Shown in pieces: positions 39,522 to 52,415 of a stretch of 64,000 nt of DNA (position 1 is its first letter; each line of letters begins with the position of its first letter). Made by a program: the position numbers and the translations under genes. The stretch is taken from contig JAWMAR010000424.1 in assembly GCA_036785375.1 (NCBI GenBank), positions 558,001 through 622,000 on the forward strand, given 5' to 3'. This stretch comes from Leucoraja ocellata (taxonomy: Eukaryota). Below the pieces are notes generated by a model. It ran no database searches, was not told the DNA's origin, and worked only from the letters and a program-made list of their open reading frames with translations.

Positions 39522-41942
39522 CAGGGCTCTCGCTTAACTTTTTTTCCCTGTTGCCAGCCGGGCAACCTTGACAGCTTTTTAGGTTGCCAAATGACAGTTT
39601 AGGTGGTCATTTAAGACGGTTTGCATGACGCGTGCGATAATGTGCTCGGACGAAGTGCGTAGTTAACAGTCAGAATTATGCTCAATGAAGCATTCACATA
39701 TTATGTTCAAGAAGGAACTGCAGATGCTGGAAAATGGAAGGTAGACAAAAGTGCTGGAGAAACTGAGCATCTATGGAGCGAAGGAAATAGGCAACGTTTC
39801 AGGGTTTCAACGTTGCCCATTTCCTTCGCTCCATAGATGCTGCTGCATCCGCTGAGTTTCTCCAGCACTTTTGTCTACATTCACATATTATTTCTGCTTT
39901 AAATAACTCACAAACTAAACATATTCACCAATCAAGACATGATAATCCCACAATGACATACAGCAAAATTATAATACAATACCTCAACTCTTTTTACACA
40001 TTGCAATTAATGCAATTTCTATTAGTTCTTTCCACTTCCAAACAAAAATGTGGTCGGATTATTCAGCATATGATCAACCTGTGTCAATAAAACCTGGACC
40101 ATGGTAACATATATGCTTAACCATGCACACTACAGGTTGATGCAAGCATGTTTTCTGTGAAGGACCGAAAATGACCATAACATGGCCATAGCATGGGTCG
40201 TTATTGCTATTGGTACAGAAACACTCTCGCTTCCCACATAATTTATCCACACCAAAATATACAGGTTGCAAGGAAATTTATAAAGACATTTTATGATAAT
40301 AGCTGTTAAAACCGACTATACCCATCTGACAGGTTAAACATTACACTAACTTACAAGAGATGGCCAAAGGACATAACTGCAGCTAATGGCGGGCGGGGGG
40401 TGGTTGAGAAGGCAATCGATGTGGAATGGATGGATTGAGGCAGGTAAATTAGTATGTGTTGGTTGGAGTAGGTAAAATTGTGGGGGGAGATGTCAGTGGT
40501 GTTGAATGGGGGGTTCAGTACAGGATGAATGGGATATCAGTACAGGATGAATGGGAGGATCAGTACAGGATGAATGGGGGGATCAGTACAGGATGAATGG
40601 GGGGATCAGTACAGGATGAATGGGGGGATCAGTACAGGATGAATGGTGGATCAGTACAGGATGAATGGGGGGATCAGTATGGGATGAATGGGGGGCTCAG
40701 TACAGGATGAATGGGTGATCAGTACAGGATGAATGGGGGATCAGTACAGGATGAATGGGGGGCTCAGTACAGGATGAATGGGTGGCTCAGTACAGGATGA
40801 ATGGGTGATCAATAAAAGATGGATGGGGAGATCACTACAGGATGGAGGGGGGGGGGATTGGTGCAGGGTAAATGGGTGAGTCAGTACGGGATGAATGGGC
40901 GGATCAGTGCAGTATGAATGGGGGGAGAAGTGCAGGTTGGATGGGAAGGGGGGGTCAGTACAGGATGAATTGGGGGACCAGTGTAGGATGGATGGGGGGG
41001 GGGGGGTGCCAGGAGAATCAATGTGAGGTGGGTAGGGTGATGAATAGATTGGGGGGGTGGGGTAGATGGGGAGGGGAGGACATAGGATGTCAGTGAGGAC
41101 TGAATAGAGGAGGGAATGGGGATCAGTGCGGGATGGAGAGGAGGGGTCCCAGGATAAGAGGGCGGAGGGGGTCGTACAAGAGAGAGAGAGAGAGGGGGGA
41201 GGGGGCAGAGGAGGTGGGGAGGAAGGAAGATCAGCGTTCCTCGGACAACATCGCCCCGCTGCCTTGGCCGTCCCTGTCCATCGCCAATGTGCCGCTGATC
41301 CCCTCCTCCGCCAGCCGACTGGAAGGTGCGGGGCTGAGTGGTGCAGCTCAAAGATCCTATAGCTATAGGATTTTTGGTGCAGTTGCTTCAGACGGCGGAA
41401 GGAGGCCTCCGCCTCCGCCTCCCCCTCCCTCCCTCCCTCCTCCCGGCCTTGGCGTGAGAGAGGGGTTGTTTTGGCGGATTTGCAGGCAGCCATCGTTATC
41501 AGGGCGATAGCGGCTGGCTGCTTACAAATCCACCAACGGCCCTTTACAAAACAACCCCTCTCTCACGCCGAGGCCGGGAGGAGGGAGGGAGGAGGGAGGT
41601 CTCCTTCCGCTGGGCGGAGTGCGGGAGGATGAGGTGATGGAGCCGCTATCGCCGCTGTTCGGGGCCCGTCATTCACTTCGACTCTTCGCCACCACGCACC
41701 CAGTATCTTTGCCCCACAATCAAAGATACTAGACGAATACAGCCGCCGCTGCTGACACAAAACGTCACGTTTCTATTCTCCAGAGATGCTGCCTGACCTG
41801 CGGAGTTACTCCAGTTTTTTGCGTCTATCGGTATAAACCAGTATTTGGGTGCCAAGCCGGGCAAAATGAGTCGGCATTTAGGTTGTCCGGCGGCACTTTC
41901 TGTGGTCAATGGCACCCGGGCAACCGCTAATTTCGAGCCCTG
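39522..41942. mobile_element. Non-autonomous DNA transposon (hAT-like) inserted in a SINE, carrying a minisatellite
   Basis: Termini CAGGGCTC...GAGCCCTG interrupt the SINE sequence tggcgctgta|aggcagcaactc. The TSD is not clean. Confidence 0.6.
40515..40990. repeat. About 20-22-bp minisatellite (GATCAGTACAGGATGAATGGGG)n
   Basis: Directly visible; about 15 good copies followed by decayed copies. Confidence 0.9.
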
Positions 41943-42089
41943 TGTAAGGTAGCAACTCTACCGCTGTGCCAGTGTTGTCCTGAAACTGCTATTTGAAGGA
42001 TTTTGATGAATCTTTTGAAGATTATATGTTATTCTATGTGCATGATTTTCCATATCCACCCAAATGCAACTATTTAGATGGTAAAAATC

Positions 42090-42750
42090 GGTTTAGGTTT
42101 ATTGTTGTCATGTGTACCAAGGTATAGTATTAAGCTTTATTTTGCCTGCTATCCAAACAGATAAAAAAAAACATACATATATACAATCAGTTGAAACAGA
42201 AATAAAACAGATAGAGTAAAGGGGAAGATACAGAGTGCAGGATATAGTTCTCAGCATTGTGGCGCATCAGTTACAGAGACAAAGTCCAATGTCCATGATA
42301 GGGTAGAGGTGAATCCTAGCTTATGGAAGGACTGTTCAGAAACCTGATAACAGAGGGGAAGAAGCTGCTCCCGAGTCTGGTGGTGTGTCCTTTCAAGCTT
42401 CTGTACCTTCTCCATGACAGAAGCAGGGAGAGAAAGGAATTACCGGGGCGGGGCATGTCTTTGCTTATGTTGGCTTCTTTCCCGAGACAGTGTGAAGTGT
42501 GGATGGAGTTGATAGTCTGTGTGATGGACTGGGCCACATTTCCATCTCTCTGCAATATTGTGCGGTCTTGAGCAGAGCAGTTCCCAAAACAAGCTGTGAT
42601 GTAAACGATGAGTATGTTTTCTACAGTGCATCTGCAGAAGTCTGCAAGGTGACATACCGAATTTCCTCAGTCTCCTCAGGAAGTCGAGGTGTTGCTGTGC
42701 CTGCTAGACTGTAGCATCAATGTGGTTGGTCCACGACAGGTCATTGGTTA
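42090..42750 (-). mobile_element. Rex1/L2-type LINE 3' fragment
   Basis: RRYRSLKGHTTRLGSSFFPSVIRFLN C-terminal motif. Confidence 0.7.
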
Positions 42751-43084
42751 TATTAGCGACAATAGTCATTTACTTTAAACATTGGAATTGGTGAATCTTT
42801 GGAATTTATTGCCACAGACGGCTGTGGAGGCCGTCATTGGGTATTTTTAAAGCTTTGTAAGGGTATCAACAGGTTACGGGGAGAAGGCAGGAGAATGGGA
42901 TTGAGAGAGAAAAATAGATCAGCCATGATTGGATCTTGGAGTAGACTCAATGGGCTGAATGGCCTAATTCTGCTCCTGTGTGTTATGGTCTTATGTTTGG
43001 ATTAAAATAAGTTGATTATGTCTCAATAACCAATGACTGTCATTATGGGTTTCACATTATTTATTATAAATGATATTCCAACAG

Positions 43085-43386
43085 AAAAGTTGAAGGTGGT
43101 TTCAAAGATAACATGCCGTCCAGAGAAACCTAAGGCTGGGCACCCTGTAATGCTGTCCAGTGAAGTTCGAGACGCAAGTGCAGATCAAGCCCATATCATC
43201 TGGTACAAAGATACTTACCCTTTTGATGAACATCGGTATGTTACAAACACGCCATTTGAAAATGAATATGGTTTCACTACGACTTTAACTTACACACCAA
43301 AGGAAGCAGATGGCAATCATATCCAAGTTTTCATTGATGTTAACATGGAAGAACATGTGAGAGATTTCGCCTTGATATTAAGTTGA
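43085..43386 (+). CDS. Gene A: terminal exon, Ig-like domain lacking both canonical Cys, ends at TGA
   Basis: ccaacag|AAAAGTTG, phase 1, frame of ORF 43033-43386. Motifs PKAGHPVMLSSEV, HIIWYKD, FTTTLTYTP resemble domain 4 (PEMGKEVTLSC, IFWFKD, WKFTP). Confidence 0.82.
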
Positions 43387-43473
43387 ATAAGCGAGTTCGG
43401 TATTCCAAAAAAACGCAAGGAATCATGGGATTTGTCATTTGCCATAAAGAAAAAGCGAACAAAGCGCCAGCTG

Positions 43474-43525
43474 AATAAACAGTATAAATTCTTATCTTTA
43501 TTCATGATTTATGTGTAAAAATAAA
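43474..43525 (+). terminator. Candidate polyadenylation signals of gene A (AATAAA at 43474 and 43520)
   Basis: Two AATAAA hexamers about 90 and 135 nt after the stop codon. Confidence 0.5.
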
Positions 43526-46500
43526 TTGAATCTGAGGAACGGGGGTGCCGTGTGGTCACCTTATAGGAACGCAATGATGATAGTTTCTAAGTCGAATTTC
43601 ACTATCCTACTAATTTCATAGCAGTGGAATTCTTCAGCCTCATCTATGAGAGACTCCCATAAATGGTCAATTCCTCATCCCCTCCAAAGGAACAGGTAGT
43701 GTGAGAGCGGGATGTAACAGCGAGAGAGAGGGGGCAGATGCGAGTGAGAGACGGGAGAGCGCAGACACAGACCCGCCTCATCCGCAACCAGGATTGAACC
43801 CGAATCCCCAGCGCCGCAAGCGCTGCCTAACCACCACAGGACCCTGTCCTGTCCCCGTTCCGTTCCCCCCCCCCCCCCTCCACCGAGTGTCCCATCCCCG
43901 CCCAGCGACCCCGGACCGACGACACCAGTGGCCCCACGCCCATAGCCAGCGCGGAGAAGAAGCGGCAACCCCAGCTCAGCTCCGCCTGTCTCGTCAGGCC
44001 AACCAACAGCCTCCGACCGACGGGACACCAGGCCCACAGCCAGCGCGGAGAAGAAGTGCCAACTCCAGCCCAACCACGCTCCAACTCCCGAGGAACCCAC
44101 TCCCCGATGGGCCGGGGAGCCGCCAGCAGCCGCCGGCCAAGCCCCCTGGTGCCGGCGAAAGCCGAGCACCAGCCATCAATGGGGACACACATAAAGCGCA
44201 GCAGCAACTTAGCTGGGACAGGCAGCATCCCCAGAGAAAAGGAATGGGTGACGTTTCAGGTCGAGACATCTCCAAAGATGTTGCCTGAGCCGCCGAGCCA
44301 CCGCAGCACCCAGTGTGCATCTCCGCCGATGACCGGCACTCGGCCCCTGCCAACCGACAGCCACTGGACAAGGAGAGAGGCGCAGCCGACAGTCCCCGGC
44401 CCCCACCGGGAGCCGGAGCAGAACCGAAGCTAGCGCCTTTTCCCCGCGCAGTCTGCAAGCCCGGCCCGACACCTCCGGCTGCCCCCGGACATGGACGGGA
44501 CACCTGGGAGGGGACGGGGACGGCTCAGCAACAACTCAACAGTGCCCACAGCGCCGGAGACACGGGTCCATGAAGCAGCACGAACTCGCTCACTCACCAA
44601 AGCATAAAGCAATAAAAACAACAAAATAGTCTTAGCTTTTAACAAAGAAGAATCAAAGCTGGAAAAAACGGATGAAATGAAGATCTGTTTGTGCACAGCT
44701 CCACTGCTTCCAGCAATGTTTATGCAGTGACCTTTGACCTGGGCATGCGCAGTTGGAATACTGAACTCGCTTATTGATACAGCATTTTTTGGAAGAATTT
44801 CAAACTGCAAGAATTTTGTTGTTCTTTTCTGATGCTTATGCAAATGAACACGCCTGACCCATAATGTATAATTGAAGGCATTTCTTCAGTTTAGTTTATT
44901 GTCACATGTACCGAGGCACAGTGAAAAGCTTCGGTACATGCAACTGTTTGCATGCTGACCGGTCATTGGAAACACCATACATGATTACAATTGAGCCATC
45001 CACAAGATAAGATAAGGGAATAACGTGAATGATCAGTAAGGGTGTCAAGAGTTACAGGGAGAATGGGGTTGAGGGAATATTAGGCCTATCCCAGTGGCCT
45101 AATTCTGCATTGTCAACTTCATGTTTACTATTGTATTTATATCTGTTTTTAACCTTCTGATTGATAAATTAATCCAATTTATATATTTTTTATCTAAGTC
45201 ATATAAAATTGATCTAAAGAGTTAGTCGAGATTGTGAAGGGAAGTGGGGGCAAAGTGCGATTTGTTTTTAGAGTTACAGTGTGGGAACAGACCTTCAGTA
45301 TCTGTCCACATTAGTTTAGTTTAGTGATACATCATGAAAAAGGCCCTTCAGCCAACTGAGTCCACGCCGACCATCAATCACACTCGTTCCATCTTGTCCC
45401 AATTTCACACCCACTCCCTACTCACTAGGACCAATGTACAGAGGTTAATTAACCTACAAATCCACAAATCTTTGAGATGTGAGAGGAAACCAGGCCACCC
45501 AGAAGAAACCCACACAGTCATAGGGAGAACATGCAAACTCCACACAGACAGCACCTTAGGTCAGGATCGAACCTGGGTCTTTGGCGTTGAGAGGCAGCAG
45601 CTCTACCAGCTGCGCCTCTGTGTTGCCCTCAGTTATGTTAACACTAGGTGATTAATTAAACACCAGTGGCTGCTTAGACAAGGCACTTTGTACCATGACC
45701 CGGAAACTGTGGTACAAAGTGAGTTATCTGAACAGACACTGGGATTTAGTTAATAATTTCCCTGAATTACCCAACCCAGTATTTTTCCACGTTTGGAATA
45801 TTTTAGGAATAGCATCGGGGCTGATGGAATTAAATGTTAATGCTGCAGAGTTTGCAGTTACAGCCAGTTAGTAACAGAAGTTTAGAGTTTAGAAGGGGGA
45901 CCTCATTGAAACTTACAGAATAGTGAAAGATATAGATAGTGGATGTGGAGAGGATGTTTCCACTGGTGGGAGTTTTTAGGACCAGAGGTTAGTGCCCTCA
46001 GAATTAAAGGGCACTCTTTTAGAAACGAGGTGAGGAGAAACTTCGTTAGTCATTGTCACAGAGGGCTGTGGAGGCCAAATCAGTGGATATTTTTAAGGCA
46101 TAGATAGACACATTCTTGATTAGAACAGGTGTCAAGGGTTATGGGGAGAAGGCAGGAAAATGGGAGAAAGCAGGAAAATGGGATTAGGAGGCAGAGATCG
46201 GCCATGATTGAATGGCAGAGTAGTCTCAATGGGCCGAATGGCCTAATTTTGCTCCTATATCTTGTGAACTTGTAACAGGCACCAAGGATATAGCCATATA
46301 TATATATACCATATATATCACCATTTGAAAGAACTGCAGATGCTAGTTTAAATCGAAACTTGAATTTCGATTCTAAAGAAGAGTATCGACCCGAAACGTC
46401 ACCCATTCCTTCTCACCAGAGTTACTCCAACATTTTGTGTCTACCCTGTGAATCATTACTTTAGTGACTTGGATCACCAGCTACCACTGCCTCAGGAGAT

Positions 46501-49126
46501 ATTTGTAATCAGTGTGGCTTCTGAAATCTCAATCACATCAGAGTTTTTTAATAGGTGGCCATACAGATTTTTATTCATTTCACACAGTAATTAAATATTG
46601 TATCATTTGCATTTGCATAAGATGGTATTTTGAAATAATTTGTAATACTGTATGCATGTTCTATTTTGTAAATTTCTTTAACTTTTGATGCATGTAAATA
46701 AATATTTTCTATCATAGAATGTGTGTGGATGTTTCATAAACCCCCAGAGATCTGAGTTGCTGTCATTGGTGGAGTCTGATATTGGCCCAGCTCTAAGCTG
46801 GCCACAGGTTTTGATTACCTGGTTTAATTTAGTTTAGAAATACAGTGTGGTAACAGGCCCTCCAGCCCACCGAGTCCGCACTAACCAGCGAACCCTGCAC
46901 ATTAACACGACCCTAAACACACTAGGGACAACATGTACATTTATTACGGCAATCAACCTACAAACCTGTATGTCTTTGAAAACCGGAGCACCAGGAGGAA
47001 ACCCACATGGTTACGGGGAAAACATACAAATTCCCTACAGGCAGCACCCGTCGTCAGGATCGAATCCGGGTTTCTGGCGCTGTAAGGCAGCAACTCTACC
47101 GCTACTGTGCTTAAAACATTGTGTTTTAAGACTAGCTGTATTTTAATAAAGTCATAAAATGGAAAAAAAAATCAGTAATTGCAGCCAGGGCTAGATTAAC
47201 ACAGAAAATAGGTGCAGAGGAGGCCATTTGGCCCTTCGAGTCAGCACCGTCATTCATTGTGATCATGGCTGATCATCCACAATCAGTAACCCGTGCCTGC
47301 CTTCTCCCCATAACTTCGGTGTCTATTAAGTCATTTACATCTGCTAAATGGCATAAGGGATGCAAGGAAAAAAGATGAGACTATGCAGAGAGTACAAGAG
47401 GTGATCAAACGAGGCTGGCCAGAGAACAAGGAGGATGTTGAAACATAGAAACATAGAAAATAGGTGCAGAGGAGGCCATTCGGCCCTTCGAGCCAGCACC
47501 GCCATTCATTGTGATCATGGCTGATCGTCCCCTATCAATATCCCGTGCCTGCCTTCTCCCCATATCCCTTGACTCCACTAGCCCCTAGAGCTCTAACTAA
47601 TGCCCCTGTCCCACTTAGGAAACCTCTAGAGACTTTGCGCCCCACCCAAGGTTTCCGTGCGGTTCCCGGAGGTTGCAAGTAGTGGAAGCAGGTACCGCAG
47701 TTTTAAATGACCCCTTTATTCTAAGACTCTGGACCCGCCCAACATTGGGAACATTTTTCCTGCATCTAGCTTGTCCAGTCTTTTTATAATTTTATATGTT
47801 TCTATAAGAACCCTCCTCATCCTTCTAAACTCCAGTGAATACAAGCCTAGTCTTTTCAATCTTTTCTCATATGACAATCCCGCCATCCCAGGGATCAATC
47901 TCGTGAACCTACACTGCACTGCCTCAATCACAAGGATGTCCTTCCTCAAATTAGGAGACCAAAACTGTACACAATACTCCAGATGTTTTCTCACCAGAGC
48001 CCTATACAACTGCAGAAGAACCTCTTTACTCCTGTGCTGAAATCCTCTTGTTAGGAAGGCCAACATTCCATTAGCTTTCTTCACTGCCGTGGTGAGTGGA
48101 GTGCTGCAAGGCTCGGTGTTGGGGCCGCAACTGTTTACCATATATATTAATGATTTGGCTGGGGTAGGGAGGGGGGTAGAGAGGGAGGTGGGGCAGAGAG
48201 GGAGGGAGGGGGTAGAGATGGAGGGGGTAGAAAGGGTGGAGGGGAAGGGGGTTAGAGTGGGAGGGGGTACAGGGTAGAGAGGGAGAGGAGTAGAGAGGGA
48301 GAGGGGCAGAGAAGGAGCGGGGTAGAGACCCCTCCCCCTCCCCAATTCCCTCATCCTCCCCCCACTCTCATTCCCTGTCCCAGCACCTACCCAGGTCGTA
48401 GAGCAGGGCCAGGGCCTGGATCTTGTACTCAGCACAGCCCTGGCTGTAGACTGCAGCCGTCAGCTCGGCCACGCATGGTCTCCAGTCCAGGCCCCGACTT
48501 CACCATCCCTGACCTCGGCTCGTCCTCTGTTCCACCAGCGGCATCTTTTTCGACGCCGGTCACAGCCCCGTCTCAAGCCCTGGCTCGGCTCGGCCCTCAC
48601 TCCAGCTCCAGGCCCAGTTGCCNNNNNNNNNNNNNNNNNNNNNNNNNNNNNNNNNNNNNNNNNNNNNNNNNNNNNNNNNNNNNNNNNNNNNNNNNNNNNN
48701 NNNNNNNNNNNNNNNNNNNNNNNNNNNNNNNNNNNNNNNNNNNNNNNNNNNNNNNNNNNNNNNNNNNNNNNNNNNNNNNNNNNNNNNNNNNNNNNNNNNN
48801 NNNNNNNNNNNNNNNNNNNNNNCCAACACAATNNNNNNNNNNNNNNNNNNNNNNNNNNNNNNNNNNNNNNNNNNNNNNNNNNNNNNNNNNNNNNNNNNNN
48901 NNNNNNNNNNNNNNNNNNNNNNNNNNNNNNNNNNNNNNNNNNNNNNNNNNNNNNNNNNNNTCTTGAATCTACTCACACGGCTGAGTGCGGCCACTCCACT
49001 GTGGGGCTTCCACAGTCAGCAGCACTTCCGCAATCAACGCGACCTCTGCACTCACCGGAAATTACGCAATCAGTGCGACGTGTCCACTAAGCGGAAGTCA
49101 CAAAAATGAGCAGGACTTGTGGATTG

Positions 49127-49295
49127 AACTCAGTCGGACCTAATAAAGCAGTTCTTCCTTCCAAACACAGTCAGACCTAATAAAGCATTTATTCCTTCCA
49201 AACACAGTTGGACCTAATAAAGTATTTATTCTTTCCAAACACAGTCGGACCTATTAAAGCATTCATTCCTTCCAAACACAGTCAGGCCTAATAAA
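49127..49295. repeat. About 37-bp tandem repeat (CAGTCGGACCTAATAAAGCATTTATTCCTTCCAAACA)
   Basis: 4-5 copies visible. Confidence 0.8.
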
Positions 49296-50194
49296 ACATT
49301 GCAGTTTCAAGCACAGGCAGGGCAGCAGGCCAAACAACTCATGGCATTGTCATTTCATTTCATTTCATTTCCAATTAAGCATCGCACTTCCAATCTTTCC
49401 TCATATGACAATCCCGCCATCCCGGGATTAACCTCGTGAACCTACGTTGCACTCCCTGAATAGCAAGGATGTCCTTCCTCGATTTCGGAGACCAAAACAG
49501 CACACAATACTCCAAATGTGGTCTCACCAGGGCCCTGTACAATAGTAGAAGGACCTCTTCACTCCTATACATCAGATTGTCTAATGTTTGCTAAAAAAAC
49601 TTTCATCTCGCCTGCCCTTCATTATCTCTCTACAGTAAAGTTTGAAATGTTGATCAGATCTTATCAGTAGAGGATTCAAAGTTCGACAACTTGAGCAGAG
49701 TTCTCTTTCCACTGCCCTGAACGCGAGGATGAAACACCACTTTCAGCATACACAGGCTCCATTTCACCTTCATTCTTTTCCAGCCGAGTCCCAGTTTATA
49801 TTCTCTCCCATGAAGAAATATATTTTCCACAATCATCCCATCAACTTCCCTCAAGATTTAATTTGTTTCAATCAGTCTGCTCTCATATAGTAAACAACAG
49901 CAGAAATAAGCTTATGCACCTTCCTTACCCCAACATCTTTTCCTGAAAATGTTCAGTATAAGTTACTCAAAATTCTAGCAGTTTCTTGCATCTTCTTAAC
50001 CAAATACCAATACTGTAAAGGTCTTCAGATATGGTCTCATTTAGCTACAATATAACTTCCATCAACAGTCATATAGTGTGGAAACAAGCCCATTGACTCA
50101 ACTTGTCCACATCCACACCAACCAATATACCCCATCGAAACTTGTACCATCTGCATGAATATGGCCCTTATTTCTCTAAACCTATCCTATCCTA

Positions 50195-50894
50195 GCAAAG
50201 AGTAGGAGTAAACGGGTCCTTTTCACAATGGCAGGCAGTGACTAGTGGGTACCCCAAGGCTCAGTACTGGGACCCCAGCTATTTACAATATATATTAATG
50301 ATCTGGATGAGGGAATTGAAGGCAATATCTCCAAGTTTGCGGATGACACTAAGCTGGGGGGCAGTGTTTAGCTGTGAGGAGGATGCTAGGAGACTGCAAG
50401 GTGACTTGGATAGGCTGGGTGAGTGGGCAAATGTTTGGCAGATGCAGTATAATGTGGATAAATGTGAGGTTATCCATTTTGGTGGCAAAAACGGGAAAGC
50501 AGACTATTATCTAAATGGTGGCTGATTGGGAAAGGGGGAGATGCAGGGAGACTTGGGTGTCATGGTACACCAGTGATTGAAGGTAGGCATGCAGGTGCAG
50601 CAGGCAGTAAAGAAAGTGAATGGTATGTTAGCTTTCATTGCAAAAGGATTTGAGTATATTTGAGTATTATTCTTCAAATCCAGTGTTAAAACGCATTTGT
50701 ACTCCCTGGCTTTTGACCATGCCTGAGGCTTTGCTTCTGTTTGTGGTGTTTTTGATGTTTCTTTATTTTACATGTCTTTCCTACTATTTCTTTTGATTGT
50801 TATTTTTGGTGTGTATTAACTTTTTTGTCAATGATTAGTGATGTACAGCACTTTGTTGCAGCTATGTTTGTTTTTAAAGTGCTCTATAAATAAA

Positions 50895-50927
<33 letters not shown>

Positions 50928-52415
50928 GAAGCAGGGAGGTTCTACTGCAGTTGTACAGGGTCTTGGTGAGACCACACCTGGAGTATTGCGTACAGTTTTG
51001 GTCTCCAAATCTGAGGAAGGACATTATTGCCATAGAGGGAGTGCAGAGACGGTTCACCAGACTGATTCCTGGGATGTATCAAGAGTATCAAGAGTATCAA
51101 GAGTATATTTAATTGTCATTTGGACCCCTGGAGGTCCAAATGAAATGCCGTTTCTGCAGCCATACATTACACACAAATAGACCCCAGACACAACATAATT
51201 ACATTTTACATAAACATCCATCACATAGCTGTGATGGAAGGCCAAATAAACTTATCTCTCCACTGCACTCTCTCCCCCCGATGTCAGAGTCAAAGTCAAA
51301 GCCCCCGGCTGGCGATGGCGATTGTCCCGCGGCCCATTAAAGCCACGCCGGGTGATGCGAGGTCGCACACCGGGTCTTGATGTTGGAGCCCCCGGCGTGC
51401 GCTCGCAAAGTCCCGCATTCCAAGCCGCGCGGGGCAGTGGTGTCAGGCCCCGCTCCAGGAGCTCTTCAACCCCGCAACTCGGGCGGGAGAAGTCGCCATT
51501 GCAGGAGCCCCGAAAAGCGGTCTCCCTCCAGGGATCCGCGGGCTCCGGTGCCGCCGTCCGCAGACCCGCAGCAGCAGCCTCCGTCTCAGCAGCAGCAGCG
51601 GCGGCAGCAGCACAGCAGCAGCGGCGGCAACGCTCCTCCACCGCTCCACCCGCTCCAGTCTCGGCCAGCTCCGCGACGGTGAGGTGAGTCGGCACCTGAG
51701 TCCCCGGCTTTCTTCCTGTTGGAGGCCGTCTCCTGTTTGCGGCCCCAACGACAGCTGAGACCCGACGAGAAAAGGTCGGGTCTCCAGTGCAGGGAGAGAT
51801 TTAAAAGTTTCCCCCTCCCTCCCCACCCCACCCCCACCCCCCCACACACACACCCCAACATAAAATAACAAAAACTACATAAAAACACAGACAAAAAATA
51901 ATAAAAACGCGGACAGGCTGCAGAGGCCGCTGCTGACCAGAGTCGCGCCGCCTACCGGATGTCAGGACTGTCTTATGAAGAAAGACTGGATAGACTTGGT
52001 TTATACTCTCTAGAATTTAGAAGATTGAGAGGGGATCTTATAGAAACTTACAAAATTCTTAAGGGGTTGGACAGGCTAGATGCAGGAAGATTGTTCCCGA
52101 TGTTGGGGAAGTCCAGGACAAGGGGTCACAGCTTAAGGATAAGGGGGAAATCCTTTAAAACCAAGATGAGAAGAACTTTTTTCACACAGAGAGTGGTGAA
52201 TCTCTGGAACTCTCTGCCACAGAGGGTAGTTGAGGCCAGTTCATTGGCTATATTTAAGAGGGAGTTAGATGTGGCCCTTGTGGCTAAGGGGATCAGGGGG
52301 TATGGAGAGAAGGCAGGTACGGGATACTGTTGGATGATCAGCCATGATCATATTGAATGGCGGTGCAGGCTCGAAGGGCCGAATGGCCTACTCCTGCACC
52401 TAATTTCTATGTTTC
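50195..52415 (+). mobile_element. CR1 LINE 3' half with nested insertions (about 50660-50925 with an ATT tail; about 51077-51957 with TSD GGATGT)
   Basis: CR1 RT motifs are continuous once the inserts are removed (ATTCCTGGGATGT|CAGGACTG). Confidence 0.85.

Noticed and set aside
43675-44843. GC-rich overlapping ORFs after gene A
   Set aside because: No recognisable domain or convincing splice structure; the region mixes SINE/Penelope fragments with low-complexity GC-rich sequence.
46718-46807. Possible small exon (tag|AATGTG...CACAG|gttttg)
   Set aside because: Weak donor, no recognisable peptide and no partner exons.
48460-49109. ORFs spanning N runs
   Set aside because: Assembly gaps.
51252-51894. 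Poly-Ala/Gln ORFs with CAG repeats
   Set aside because: They lie inside an insertion, bounded by TSD GGATGT, that interrupts a CR1 element, so they are repeat-derived.
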